DNA of 61,446 bases, filler included. It is 5 parts of 5 records of this genome, joined end to end, with 100 filler letters (N's around TTAATTAATTAA, not from the genome) between each part and the next. Parts side by side here need not be neighbours in the genome. Positions count along the whole stretch, not along the records: positions 23,441 to 44,803 come from SRR31156797_955; 4 more parts are not named here. The stretch is one strand, 5' to 3'. Positions 27,713-38,087 of this stretch are shown one piece after another. A model generated the notes under the pieces. It was given only the letters and a program-made list of their open reading frames with translations, ran no database searches and was not told the origin of the DNA. Position 1 is the first letter of the stretch. The number at the start of each line of letters is the position of its first letter. The position numbers were made by a program, and so were the translations under genes.

Positions 27713-28240
27713 TTAATACCCAATTTTTTCCATGGCATCATCCACTAGCTCATTCGATGATTGCACTCCCTGCATAATGAAATGAAGAACGCTATAGAAC
27801 ACAGGTTCCATAACGGCAAGACGAGCCGACATTTCGCGCCATAACGTTTCGCTATCTTCCACACTATCTCTGCTGGCGACACGTTCCGATAAGACCTTGG
27901 AGTCGACCATCAGATAAAAGACCTTACCTGCCCCATGAATAAGCGACTGGACCTCGGCAACTTCTACCAATCCGTCATCAAGCACGATAATTCGCGGTCC
28001 TGATCCCAAAACCTGAACAGCCTCTGCGACATCTTTTGGATTGACAACATCCAGACCTGTTCCTTCGCCAAGAAGCTCAGCCAATGCCTTTTTACCTGAA
28101 CCAACCAATCCAATCAAAATAATATTACCAGTGTCCTTCCAGGCATCGGCGTAATCTTCACGCTTCTCCCCTTTACCAAACCCCTTACTGGCGTCAGCAT
28201 CCTGCACATCATACTGTTCATTAATAAGATATTTCGTCAT
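27713..28240 (-). CDS. Shikimate-kinase-like P-loop protein (degenerate)
   Basis: NIILIGLVGSGKKALAELL, VFYL and LSERV. Start placed at MTKYL so that it does not overlap the divergent gene. Confidence 0.6.
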   Translation of the reverse strand: MTKYLINEQYDVQDADASKGFGKGEKREDYADAWKDTGNIILIGLVGSGKKALAELLGEGTGLDVVNPKDVAEAVQVLGSGPRIIVLDDGLVEVAEVQSLIHGAGKVFYLMVDSKVLSERVASRDSVEDSETLWREMSARLAVMEPVFYSVLHFIMQGVQSSNELVDDAMEKIGY

Positions 28241-28328
28241 ACTGTATCCTTGATGTTCCTGAAGTTTTCTTTGCCCTGCAGACATTATCAAGTAGGGTAC
28301 CCAAAATGCAAACTGAAAGCGAAACCAT

Positions 28329-29303
28329 ATGCCAAAAGAACTTATACACTTCAAGACCGCTTTAAGAACCGCAGAGATCCTCTCCGGCACCCGTTTTTCT
28401 TCCAGTCTGGACACACATCCACACGGCCTTCTGTTGGGGGCCGTAGTACATGACGCTCTTTTCTATGGCGTAAACAAACACGCCCGTCCACTGACTCAAC
28501 TGGCCCACCAACTTCATGGAGTTGATGGACAAGACACTTTTACCCTACTCAAACTGCAAGCAGAACACGCGGCGCGAACTCCTGAAAACGAACTGGCAAT
28601 TGCCCTGTTTGTCGGCATGGCTTCCCATATATTTGCCGATGCGACAATGCATCCCATGGTCTGGTACCTGTCAGGTGACTACTTTGATACAGACCCTCAA
28701 ACCAAATCACAAACCAGACAACGACACCGCGCGCTTGAGTCGCTGATGGACATGGTCATCTGCCCTGAAATGATCGGGCGCCCTCTTTTTTCCATCAAAC
28801 GACTTCTGACTCGTCTGGGAAATGATCTTTATAACGCTTTGCCCGTGAAATCTCTGGCCAAACTGGCTGGCACATCACCCGAAGGACTTTGTACAGGGTT
28901 GCATCACGCTTTCACAGTATTCGCGACACTGCAGGGTCTTTATCCCAACTCCACCCTTTCCCGAACACTTTTTTCCATGTCACCATTTCTTCCACGACAG
29001 GCACGTGAGATAATCACTCTTTTCTATGCGCCACAACTCATGATCCAAGCCGAAAGAGTACGTGGACAAATTGAGTACCAGCACCCAGTTACCGGAGAAT
29101 CTTTAAATAAATCCATAAAAACAATGATGGAGGAAGCTGCCGCTAAAACGAGCCTTCTGTGTCAGTCCATGGAAAAAACTCTTTTCCTTGGTAAACCTTT
29201 CAGACCAAAAGACATCGGGCCATCCCTTGACTCAGGAGAGCCGGGCATAACAACACGACACATGCAGCACTTTGCCAATCCGTCATTCCCGCAACTTCCC
29301 TGA
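28329..29303 (+). CDS. Zinc-dependent phospholipase C family protein
   Basis: N-terminal MPKELIH, GAVVHD, LH, SHIFADATMHP and HRALE metal-ligand pattern. Confidence 0.8.
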   Translation: MPKELIHFKTALRTAEILSGTRFSSSLDTHPHGLLLGAVVHDALFYGVNKHARPLTQLAHQLHGVDGQDTFTLLKLQAEHAARTPENELAIALFVGMASHIFADATMHPMVWYLSGDYFDTDPQTKSQTRQRHRALESLMDMVICPEMIGRPLFSIKRLLTRLGNDLYNALPVKSLAKLAGTSPEGLCTGLHHAFTVFATLQGLYPNSTLSRTLFSMSPFLPRQAREIITLFYAPQLMIQAERVRGQIEYQHPVTGESLNKSIKTMMEEAAAKTSLLCQSMEKTLFLGKPFRPKDIGPSLDSGEPGITTRHMQHFANPSFPQLP

Positions 29304-29384
29304 TTGTTCCTGCTAACCGGTTGCCCTACAGCCATAAATAACATACTCTTTTTTAATCATTCCCACCCTCACCAAGGAGACAAC

Positions 29385-30164
29385 ATGAAGAAATTCATAT
29401 TCATCGGTATCGGTGTCGTTACCGCAGCCATTATTGCAGTAGCAGTTCTCGTCGTTCTCAACCTCGGGGATATTATCAAAACGGCCGTCGAAAAATATGG
29501 ACCGCCCATCACCAAAACCGAAGTCAAACTCGGCTCGGCAGACATTTCCATTCTGTCCGGCTCTGGCTCTCTGTCCGATTTCCTCTTGGGCAACCCCAAG
29601 GGATTCTCCATGCCCAGTGCAGTTGAATGCGACACCATCCGCGTGTCTGTCGTGACCGATTCCCTGACAACCGACCGTATCATAATTGAAGAAATCTTCG
29701 TCGATGGTCCCATCATCAGCTATGAAAAAAAGGGAAACACCGACAACTTCAAAACCATCGTCAACAACATCAAAAAAACCGTGGCTGGCGAACAAAAACA
29801 GGAAAAGAAGACAGAAGCCGAACCCACGGAAACCGGTGCAGAAAAGAAAATTCAGATCAACAATTTCATTGTTAAAAATGGTCGTATCAATCTCGGTGGC
29901 ACCATGCTGAATGCCTTCGGCGATCAATCCATGGGCATTGATCTTCCCGACATCCACCTCAAGGATATTGGCAAGGAAAAGGACACCACTCCGGCTGAAG
30001 CATTCGCTTTGGTTCTGAGCGAAATGACCGGCGATATCACTGGCACAATCTCTCAAGTAGGTAAGCAGCTTCAAAAAGAATTAGGCAAGGCCGTTGAAGG
30101 CGTAACCAAGGGAGCAGGCTCCGCCGGTGACGCTATCAAAGGATTGTTCGGTTCCGACAACTAA
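29385..30164 (+). CDS. AsmA/DUF748-like membrane-anchored protein
   Basis: N-terminal TM, LGNPKGF and LPDIHLKDIG in a beta-rich body. AAGGAG RBS before 29385. Confidence 0.6.
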   Translation: MKKFIFIGIGVVTAAIIAVAVLVVLNLGDIIKTAVEKYGPPITKTEVKLGSADISILSGSGSLSDFLLGNPKGFSMPSAVECDTIRVSVVTDSLTTDRIIIEEIFVDGPIISYEKKGNTDNFKTIVNNIKKTVAGEQKQEKKTEAEPTETGAEKKIQINNFIVKNGRINLGGTMLNAFGDQSMGIDLPDIHLKDIGKEKDTTPAEAFALVLSEMTGDITGTISQVGKQLQKELGKAVEGVTKGAGSAGDAIKGLFGSDN

Positions 30165-30175
30165 ACAATAAAAAC

Positions 30176-30210
30176 ATAAGGCCCCGCCGAACTCTTCGGC
30201 GGGGCCTTAT
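30176..30210. terminator. Intrinsic terminator-like hairpin
   Basis: ATAAGGCCCCGCCGAA-CTC-TTCGGCGGGGCCTTAT, a perfect 16-bp stem. Confidence 0.8.
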
Positions 30211-30272
30211 TATATATGATATATACAAGACATCTTGCCTGCACACCCCCATATAACGTACATGACAAACCC

Positions 30273-31946
30273 ATGACCCGCATTCCTTACACAGCCGAGC
30301 CCGTCATCACCGACGGAGAACTGACTGACATCCGTATACACCGACAGGGAAAAATCTGGCACATGTGGGGGCGAAAAGGCGTATCACGAGAATTATCACT
30401 TGCTGATTCCGTCCCCAAAGGCACTCTTCCCGTACTCATCGGTTCAGGCTTGGGTCACTGCCTCAACGCATTGCGCAGCAAAGGAGACCCCATTGCCGTA
30501 GTAGACAGGGAACAAACAATCATTGATCTGACCAAAGCGATCTCACATCAGGACGCGCTTCTAACGGTCAACGATGCCGATCCAGGCACAGCCTTCAAAC
30601 AGATTATTGATTGGCAGAAAGGGCACGGCGGTCTCCCGTTGCACCCGGTCATCCTTCCACTTTATCCTCGCCTCGACCGAAATTATTATGGTCCAATTCT
30701 CGACACAATAAAGGCCTGTAACACGACCGACTTCTGGAGTCAGACTCGATACCCCAAATTTCAATCCACCAAACCTCGCGTTCTCTTTTTCGATTCAAAT
30801 TATTTTTTATGCCGAGAAATTCTGTCAGCCTTTGACCTCATCGCCATCGAATATCGAATTATTCCTTTGGATAACTGTACGACAGGTGACCAATCATTTA
30901 TTGAAGCAATTCTGAAAACTGTCATCGACTTCAAACCGGATTTTGTCCTAACCGTCAACCACTTCGGTCTGGATCGAGAAGGCAAACTGGCCGAGTTATT
31001 AGCAGACCTCGACCTGCCTTTGGCATCATGGTTCGTGGACAATCCCCATCTCATTCTGTTTGATTATACCCAGCCGGGCAGCGACAATACGGTTATTTTC
31101 TCCTTTGACGCGGGAAGCATAGGAGCAGTCCGAGACAAAGGATTTCAGCATGTCCATTACCTTCCTCTGGCTACAGACCCGGCTCGGTTCGTCCCCGAAC
31201 AAAATAAGACAGCACCTGCCCAATGGCATGCTGACGTATCATTTGTGGGCAACTCCATGGTCCGCCCTGTGTCCGAAAGTCTGGATCGGGCTAACCTGCC
31301 GATAAACCTCTCGGCACAATATAAAGATATCGCCCGACACTTCGGTGATTCCGGCGAAACCCTGATCGCTCATTTTCTGAAAATATTTCATCCTGACTGG
31401 CACGAAGCCATCACGAATCTTCCCACTAAGGAAAACAGACTGGCCAGTGAATCCTTGCTGACCTGGGAAGCAACCCGACAGTACCGACTCAACTGCATAA
31501 AAGGCATACTGCCATACACTCCGTTGATTGTCGGTGATGCGGGATGGGACTCCATCCTTCCGCAGCAATCTGAAGTCAGACGGCTGAAACAACTTGATTA
31601 CTACAAGGATCTTCCCCGATTTTACCAAGCCTCAACAGTCAACTTCAACTGTACCAGTCGCCAAATGCCGGGAGCAGTCAACCAACGCGTTTTTGATGTC
31701 CCGGCTTGCAACGGTTTCCTCATCACAGACCATCGAGATCAGATGGAAAACCTGTTCGACCTTGATACAGAAGCTGTGGTCTATCGACACCCGGAAGAAA
31801 TTCCACATCTCATTGATCAATTTCTCACTGACTCTAAAAAAAGAACGACCATCACCAAGGCAGCCAGAAAACGCATACTGGCCAAGCACACCTATGAAAT
31901 CCGCATGGCATATCTTATAAAAATCATGCGTCAAACTTTCGGCTAA
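30273..31946 (+). CDS. CgeB-family glycosyltransferase (DUF3880 plus GT-B) with an N-terminal Rossmann-like domain
   Basis: [38 protein letters not shown] and HTY motifs. Confidence 0.85.
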   Translation: MTRIPYTAEPVITDGELTDIRIHRQGKIWHMWGRKGVSRELSLADSVPKGTLPVLIGSGLGHCLNALRSKGDPIAVVDREQTIIDLTKAISHQDALLTVNDADPGTAFKQIIDWQKGHGGLPLHPVILPLYPRLDRNYYGPILDTIKACNTTDFWSQTRYPKFQSTKPRVLFFDSNYFLCREILSAFDLIAIEYRIIPLDNCTTGDQSFIEAILKTVIDFKPDFVLTVNHFGLDREGKLAELLADLDLPLASWFVDNPHLILFDYTQPGSDNTVIFSFDAGSIGAVRDKGFQHVHYLPLATDPARFVPEQNKTAPAQWHADVSFVGNSMVRPVSESLDRANLPINLSAQYKDIARHFGDSGETLIAHFLKIFHPDWHEAITNLPTKENRLASESLLTWEATRQYRLNCIKGILPYTPLIVGDAGWDSILPQQSEVRRLKQLDYYKDLPRFYQASTVNFNCTSRQMPGAVNQRVFDVPACNGFLITDHRDQMENLFDLDTEAVVYRHPEEIPHLIDQFLTDSKKRTTITKAARKRILAKHTYEIRMAYLIKIMRQTFG

Positions 31947-32124
31947 AAACACATCTAAACGTTCGTTTTACAAAACTTTTTCTCAACATCACACAAACAC
32001 CAGCCACACTCTGGTGATTTGTCGCGTCCAACACTTTGCAAACTATACAATTCATATTTGCATGAATTGTTTTTTTATTCAGCCATTTCCCTCACTTTGA
32101 TTGTAAAAAAACGTTCATAGACCC

Positions 32125-32151
32125 TAAAGTTTTTCCGTACCCCGACGATGA
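32125..32151 (+). promoter_or_regulatory. Sigma28 (FliA) promoter of flagellin
   Basis: TAAA-N15-GACGATGA versus consensus TAAA-N15-GCCGATAA. Confidence 0.7.
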
Positions 32152-32243
32152 GTAGTGCAACAAACGAATGGTTTGCCCGGTAAAACTCAACCGCCGGGTT
32201 GAAATCTAGGCATGGAAGCCGAAACAATTTCAAGGAGGAAATT

Positions 32244-33116
32244 ATGTCTCTCGTAATTAACCACAACTTAATGGCAATGAATGCATCTCGCAACCTGGGT
32301 CAGTCTTATGGCGCCCTGGAAACATCAACTCGTCGTCTGTCTTCAGGACTGCGTGTTGGCACAGCCTCTGATGATGCCGCTGGCTTGGCAGTTCGCGAAT
32401 TGATGCGTGCTGACATTCAGTCTCTCAATCAGGGCATTCGTAATGCAAACGATGCAGTCTCCCTCATCCAGACAGCTGATGGCGCCCTCGGCGTTATTGA
32501 TGAAAAGCTGATCCGTATGAAGGAACTGGCCATGCAGGCATCCACGGGTACCTACAACTCTGACCAGCGTCTGATCATCGACTCCGAGTATCAGGCCATG
32601 GCTTCGGAAATCACTCGTATTGCCAACTCTACTGACTTCAACGGAATCTACCTGCTCAACGGTAACCTCTCCGGCGCCCACTCCGGTGCAGGCCTCCAGT
32701 CCACTGGTAAGCTGAAGGTTCACTTTGGTACCGGTAACGATTGTGCAGAAGATTACTACTACGTTGAAATCAGCAGTTCCACCGCTTCTTCTCTGGGCGT
32801 TGGTCTTGCTGCAAGCAACTCCATTTCAACCCAGGCTTTGGCTCAGGCCTCTCTGGACACCCTGAACAACGCGATTATTTCCAAGGATAAGATTCGCGCC
32901 AACTTGGGTTCCTTGCAGAACAGACTTGAAAACACCGTAACAGTTCTGGGTATCCAGGCCGAAAACGTTCAGGCTGCTGAATCCCGTATCTCCGACGTTG
33001 ACGTCGCAACCGAGATGACCGAATTCGTTCGCAACCAGATCAAGACCCAGGCCGCAGTTTCCATGCTGTCCCAGGCCAACTCCATGCCGAGAATGGCTCT
33101 GTCCCTCATCGGTTAG
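32244..33116 (+). CDS. fliC: Flagellin (290 aa)
   Basis: MSLVINHN, RLSSGLR, DDAAGL, NANDAVSLIQTADGAL, RANLGSLQNRL, ESRISDVD and QAN. AAGGAGG RBS. Confidence 0.97.
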   Translation: MSLVINHNLMAMNASRNLGQSYGALETSTRRLSSGLRVGTASDDAAGLAVRELMRADIQSLNQGIRNANDAVSLIQTADGALGVIDEKLIRMKELAMQASTGTYNSDQRLIIDSEYQAMASEITRIANSTDFNGIYLLNGNLSGAHSGAGLQSTGKLKVHFGTGNDCAEDYYYVEISSSTASSLGVGLAASNSISTQALAQASLDTLNNAIISKDKIRANLGSLQNRLENTVTVLGIQAENVQAAESRISDVDVATEMTEFVRNQIKTQAAVSMLSQANSMPRMALSLIG

Positions 33117-33148
33117 TCATAAAGCAAACTGCTTTATAACGAGTATTC

Positions 33149-33181
33149 GGGTCGAACTCCATAAAAGGGGTTCGGCCCTTT
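33149..33181 (+). terminator. Terminator after flagellin
   Basis: GGGTCGAACTCC-ATAAAA-GGGGTTCGGCCC-TTT. Confidence 0.65.
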
Positions 33182-33209
33182 GCGTTCAAAGCTTAAAAAG
33201 CTTTCTCAG

Positions 33210-33225
33210 TGGCACCAGGATTGCA
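33210..33225 (+). promoter_or_regulatory. Sigma54 promoter of fliD-fliS
   Basis: TGGCAC-CAGGA-TTGCA, a consensus -24/-12 element. Confidence 0.8.
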
Positions 33226-33279
33226 AGTGTAAGGGCGACCTAATGTAAAAGGAAAAATATTCCGATTAAAGGTATAGCC

Positions 33280-35007
33280 ATGGCAGAAAACGCATACACA
33301 TCCGGCTCGATCAATTTCGCCGGCCTGGGAAACGGGACCGACTTCAACAAACTCATCGACGGCCTCGTCGAAGTGGAGCAAAAACGCGTCACCCGGTTGG
33401 AAAACTGGAAAACCTCCTGGGAAACAAAAAATGAGCAGTTCAAAGAACTGAACACTCAGATGCTGGCCCTCAAGACGACACTTGAAGGATTTGATACGGT
33501 CAATGAATTCATGCAACGAAGCGTGACGAGCACCAATTCAGATCTTTTGACGGCTTCAGCTGACAGTGATGCTATTGAGTCCACTCATTCGCTCACAGTA
33601 TACAGCCTTGCTAAAAATGACATGCACATCACGGCTTCAGGTACCAGTGAGCTCAGTTCTTCCATATTTACTTCTACTTCATCATTCTCTTTTTCATATA
33701 AAGGTGAAAATTTCACCATTGACAATATTGCCGAAGGGACCACTCTGGAAGGCTTTGTCAACATCATCAACAATCATCCTGAATCACGAGATAAAATAAA
33801 AGCATCCACCATTTTTGATGGTACAAGCCACCATTTGCAACTTTCCGGCCTCGATCAAGGTGACGATTATGACCTCTTCATTTCCAACACCGGAGGCATG
33901 ATTTTTCAGGCGTCTGACTTCGCCCAAACACAAGAAGCCGAAGATTGTAGAATTCGTGTAGATGGCCTGCTCATTTCGCGTGACTCCAACATCATTGACG
34001 ATGCCATTCCGGGTTTAAAACTTGACCTCAAAGATGCGGACCCGAATGAAACGATCCAGTTAACTGTCAACACTGACAAACAGGCAATGCAAGATGCTGT
34101 CACTACTTTTGTAGAAGCAATCAATAAAGTCCGCGCAGAAATCATTGCAATGACTAAGGTTGACGAAACAAAGGGAACGACCAGTACTGGGGGAAGCTCC
34201 TTGGTCGACGTTAAGGACACCAAAGGGTCTATTCTTACCGGCAACTACGGCATTGATATTGTTTCACAAAATCTTAAAAATATTACTGCGGAAATGGGCC
34301 TCGGTTTTTCTCCATGGGATGAGGACTCCCTGACCGGTGATAAATACTCGGCCCTTTCTCAACTCGGTATTCTCACGGACGCAGAACAGGGGTCGCCAAC
34401 ATATGGACTTTTAAAAATTGACTATGACGAGTTGTCCAAAGCCCTTGATGACGATCCCACAGCTGTTGCACAACTTTTCTCAGCAAAAAGTGATGGCAAA
34501 AGCCAATCACCGGACTTCACTTTCAAATCACTCGTCGACGGCACAACCAAGGCTGGATTTTACGACATCGAAATAGTCAGTGACGGGACACAAATCACCA
34601 GCGCAACCATTAACGGAGAAGAAGCATCCATCTCTGGTTGGGAAATTACTGGAAAATCCGGCGATGCAACAGGTATGGCCATTCGGCTAGACAATACCGG
34701 AGCCGGAACTCACTCGGGTAAAATTGCCGTACAAAAAGGCAAAGCCGGCGAATTAATTGATGAGCTCACTTCCTTGACAAAACCATACAACGAATTCACC
34801 TATGAAGGCGGACCGTTGGCAGTTTTGCAAAATAACTACAACGACATAATGAGCTCTATTGATGACAAAATCGCTTACGAGACTGCTCGCATCAAAAAAA
34901 TGGAAACAAACATGCGTCTGAAATTTTCACGTCTGGACGCATTACTTGGACAATACAGCCTCAAACAGGGGCAACTCAGCTCGGCTATCGCACAGCTTGG
35001 CAAGTAG
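33280..35007 (+). CDS. fliD: Flagellar filament cap protein
   Basis: INFAGLGNGTD N-terminus, SNIIDDAIPGLKLDL, LSQLGI and KFSRLD C-terminus; lies between flagellin and fliS. Confidence 0.93.
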   Translation: MAENAYTSGSINFAGLGNGTDFNKLIDGLVEVEQKRVTRLENWKTSWETKNEQFKELNTQMLALKTTLEGFDTVNEFMQRSVTSTNSDLLTASADSDAIESTHSLTVYSLAKNDMHITASGTSELSSSIFTSTSSFSFSYKGENFTIDNIAEGTTLEGFVNIINNHPESRDKIKASTIFDGTSHHLQLSGLDQGDDYDLFISNTGGMIFQASDFAQTQEAEDCRIRVDGLLISRDSNIIDDAIPGLKLDLKDADPNETIQLTVNTDKQAMQDAVTTFVEAINKVRAEIIAMTKVDETKGTTSTGGSSLVDVKDTKGSILTGNYGIDIVSQNLKNITAEMGLGFSPWDEDSLTGDKYSALSQLGILTDAEQGSPTYGLLKIDYDELSKALDDDPTAVAQLFSAKSDGKSQSPDFTFKSLVDGTTKAGFYDIEIVSDGTQITSATINGEEASISGWEITGKSGDATGMAIRLDNTGAGTHSGKIAVQKGKAGELIDELTSLTKPYNEFTYEGGPLAVLQNNYNDIMSSIDDKIAYETARIKKMETNMRLKFSRLDALLGQYSLKQGQLSSAIAQLGK

Positions 35008-35017
35008 GAGGATATAA

Positions 35018-35632
35018 ATGGCTAACCCAGCAAAAGCATATCTCGCGACACAGATTGAGACCACGACTCAAGGTGATCTCCTTCTCATGCTCTATGAGGC
35101 TGCAATCAAATTTCTTAAACAAGCCAAGGTAGAAATCGACAAAAAGGATTTCGCCAAGAAAGGCATATATATATCCAAATCCATGGCGATAATCCATGAA
35201 TTGTCTGAATGCCTGAACAAGGAAAAAGGTGGCGATATAACGCCTCAACTGGGTGCTCTGTATCAATTTTGCACCTCCCATCTCATTAAGGCAAACATCC
35301 GTCTGGACAACAAGATGATCGATGAAGTGATCAATATTCTTGACGGTCTACGCTCGGCTTATGCCCAGATAATTCCCGGCTATGAAGGCAAAACAGCGCC
35401 GACTGATACGAAAGCTCAAGCTACACCGACAGCACCGCCAATCATGCCGACTCGCACACCGCCGCCTGCCGCTCCTCCGGTTGAATCGACGACAGTTGCG
35501 CCACAAGAGACTCCGGCAAAACCGGTTACCAAACCGCAACCCGTTGTCCCTTCGCAGCCACTTAAAATGCGTTCCGCCGCTACCGCTGCAAAATTCAGGG
35601 CAGCCAACGCCTATACCAACAGCAATAGATAA
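35018..35632 (+). CDS. fliS: Flagellar export chaperone FliS with a Pro/Thr/Ala-rich tail
   Basis: AYLATQIETT, LLLMLYEAAIKFL, LNKEKGGDI and LRSAY. Confidence 0.9.
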   Translation: MANPAKAYLATQIETTTQGDLLLMLYEAAIKFLKQAKVEIDKKDFAKKGIYISKSMAIIHELSECLNKEKGGDITPQLGALYQFCTSHLIKANIRLDNKMIDEVINILDGLRSAYAQIIPGYEGKTAPTDTKAQATPTAPPIMPTRTPPPAAPPVESTTVAPQETPAKPVTKPQPVVPSQPLKMRSAATAAKFRAANAYTNSNR

Positions 35633-35661
35633 AAGAATGGCCCCTCAAGGGGCCTTTTCTT
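35633..35661 (+). terminator. Intrinsic terminator after fliS
   Basis: GGCCCC-TCAA-GGGGCC-TTTTCTT. Confidence 0.75.
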
Positions 35662-35721
35662 AGCACCCCACCATGCCTTGGACATGTTTACAATGTCGCG
35701 GCCTTGTGTCACGTTTCGCCC

Positions 35722-36795
35722 ATGGTTGAATTCCCTATTCGTGTTCTTCACGTATCCAAATCTCTAAGCCTTGGCGGCACTGAAAAAGTCATGCAGCTTT
35801 TCGTCGCCAATCTGGACCCTTCTCGCTTCACTGCGGCTGTCTACTGTCCGCAGGACGGAGAACGAGGAAAACAGATTCGTGCTCTAGGAATTGAAACCCA
35901 TATTAATCCGGACCTCCTCTCCGTACTCGATCGCTTCAAACCACACATAGTCCATGTCCACCGCGCAGGCTGGCCTGAGCCTGAACTGCTCAAACCTATG
36001 AAACGGGCACAAACACCCATTGTAGTTGAAACCAACGTATTCGGAAGACATGACCCAAGCCCATCAGCTGCCATCATTGACCGAACGCTTTTTGTTTCAA
36101 AATTTTGCCTGGAACGATTTTCAGCAACCACTGGTATACCAGCTGACTCGTCCCGCTATTCCTTTTTATATAATCCGGTGGATACAGATTTCTTTGCAAA
36201 AACGGTACGCACAGACAGAAATTTCTCCATCCCTGTTGCCGGACGAATCTCTCGGGCCGACCCGGGCAAGTGGTCACGATTAGCACTGGAATTCCTGCCA
36301 CTGGTTGTTCGTGATATCCCGAACTTTCAATATCATATCATAGGAACCATCCCTGCAGCGCAAGAATATGTTGCTGCCAATGACCTTTCACGCAATGTCG
36401 TCTTCCATGACCCTGTACAAACCGACACCGAAATAGCCTCTTTCCTCGATGGGGTCTCGGTTCTGGCACACGCCAACGATACCGGGGAGTCCTTCGGTCT
36501 CGTCATTGCCGAAGCCATGGCGTGTGGCCTGCCGGTCATCACTCATCCCAGCGAGGGCCTCAAAGACAATGCCCAGTTGGAATTGGTCGACCATATGACC
36601 ACCGGACTCGTGGCCCGAAACACCGAAGAGTACGCAAACGCCTTGAAGTATATTTTTTCCCATCCCGAGGAAGCACGGCGTATGGGATTGGCCGGACAGA
36701 AAAAAGCCGCCAATCTCTATCGAGCACAGACGGTCACACGCCAGCTCGAAACTGTGTATCAGGAACTTCTCCACCGTAAAGGAATCACCGTATGA
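35722..36795 (+). CDS. Glycosyltransferase family 4
   Basis: LGGTEK, NPVDTDFF and ESFGLVIAEAMACGLPVI (Ex7E). Confidence 0.92.
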   Translation: MVEFPIRVLHVSKSLSLGGTEKVMQLFVANLDPSRFTAAVYCPQDGERGKQIRALGIETHINPDLLSVLDRFKPHIVHVHRAGWPEPELLKPMKRAQTPIVVETNVFGRHDPSPSAAIIDRTLFVSKFCLERFSATTGIPADSSRYSFLYNPVDTDFFAKTVRTDRNFSIPVAGRISRADPGKWSRLALEFLPLVVRDIPNFQYHIIGTIPAAQEYVAANDLSRNVVFHDPVQTDTEIASFLDGVSVLAHANDTGESFGLVIAEAMACGLPVITHPSEGLKDNAQLELVDHMTTGLVARNTEEYANALKYIFSHPEEARRMGLAGQKKAANLYRAQTVTRQLETVYQELLHRKGITV

Positions 36796-37997
36796 GCAAA
36801 TTGATAAAGCAGTATACCGACGCAGTTCTGGCCTTTGCCTTCAAAGACGAGATATCCGAAACAGTTATCCCAAAAACTTCTGACGATATCCCGGCTTTTA
36901 CCGAACGGACTCTCAACATATTTAAAAAAAGCCGTGCCACGACACTGGTTCTCTTCGGACTAGGGAACGGCGAACACGCGCTGGCCCTTCGCGCTGCCCT
37001 GCCCAAAACTGCCCAATTATTCGTGTGCGAAACCGACATGAACACGGCCCGCACCTTTTTGAAAACCAATCCCAACTGGACTGACGAAGACTCAAACGTC
37101 AATCTCATCTGCGATATTTCCCTGTGGGCACAGCTGTATCTTTTGGCATTGGCCAATGTATCGCCAGATACAGCCACACTCGTCCTGAACCCGACCATGG
37201 ACGACGAATCAAAACAACAATATCAATCATTGCAAAGACTTTTTATGCAGGCCAAACCACATCAGGCCATCAACAGTTCTTATTTAAGTCATGTAGGTGT
37301 GGCTGCTCCCGATCTCTCTGTCGGAACGATTCTCAGCCCTGACGAACCAAACCTTGATGTCTATTTCGGACAATTCCCAGATTGGGTCAAAGAAGTAGTC
37401 GTGGTCTGGGACAGTGAAACCGTCCCAGAAACAAACTACTCCTGTGCCGCTCCGATCCGCCACTTCGCTCACCCCCTCGACAATTTCGCATCCCAAAGAA
37501 ACCGCATGCTCGATGAATGTGAAGGTGATTGGATTCTGTGTCTGGATGGCGACGAAATGTTCAACGAAGACGTATGGAACCTTTTCCCGGCCTGTATGCT
37601 CGTAAAACGGCTGGAGGCCTGTTATTTCCCTCGAATGACACTCTACCCGGACGAGAACCATTCCAAGGTGGGGTATGGTCTTTGGCCCGACCTCCAATTA
37701 CGCCTTTTCAGGAACAGTGAAGACATCCGGTTCGAACGTCCCATCCATGAACGGCTCACTGGTGTTCAGGGGCGTACGGCTCTTGCGCTGGACGCGCCCA
37801 TCCTGCATTATAGTCGACTGCGCAAATCGCCCGAAATATTGGCAGCCAAGCTAAAACGCTTTGACAAAGCTGGTGGCGACGCCATAACGCATGTGCTCAG
37901 CGAAGATTATCCCAACGTCGAACGCTCCCTGTTCGCCGAAGCATCATTCATCATGGGTGCAATCCAGATGCTTCTGTTGGAAGAAAACCCTGCATAA
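36792..37997 (+). CDS. Glycosyltransferase family 2 with an N-terminal Rossmann-like domain
   Basis: NFASQRN, WILCLDGDE, PDLQLRLFRN, IHERL and ILHY; ATGA overlap with the GT4 gene. Confidence 0.82.
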   Translation: MSKLIKQYTDAVLAFAFKDEISETVIPKTSDDIPAFTERTLNIFKKSRATTLVLFGLGNGEHALALRAALPKTAQLFVCETDMNTARTFLKTNPNWTDEDSNVNLICDISLWAQLYLLALANVSPDTATLVLNPTMDDESKQQYQSLQRLFMQAKPHQAINSSYLSHVGVAAPDLSVGTILSPDEPNLDVYFGQFPDWVKEVVVVWDSETVPETNYSCAAPIRHFAHPLDNFASQRNRMLDECEGDWILCLDGDEMFNEDVWNLFPACMLVKRLEACYFPRMTLYPDENHSKVGYGLWPDLQLRLFRNSEDIRFERPIHERLTGVQGRTALALDAPILHYSRLRKSPEILAAKLKRFDKAGGDAITHVLSEDYPNVERSLFAEASFIMGAIQMLLLEENPA

Positions 37998-38087
37998 TCC
38001 TGCACGGATTTGCAGACGGCTTGATTGTTGCGTACAAAATAGCTAGGACCACTCAACGTCATCATTCATGTCATTCAAGGAACGGCA

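Noticed and set aside
38017-38032. Sigma54-like site CGGCTT-GATTG-TTGCG before the zinc-ribbon/YIP1 gene
   Set aside because: Spacing is right, but the match to TGGCAC/TTGCW is too weak to call without data.
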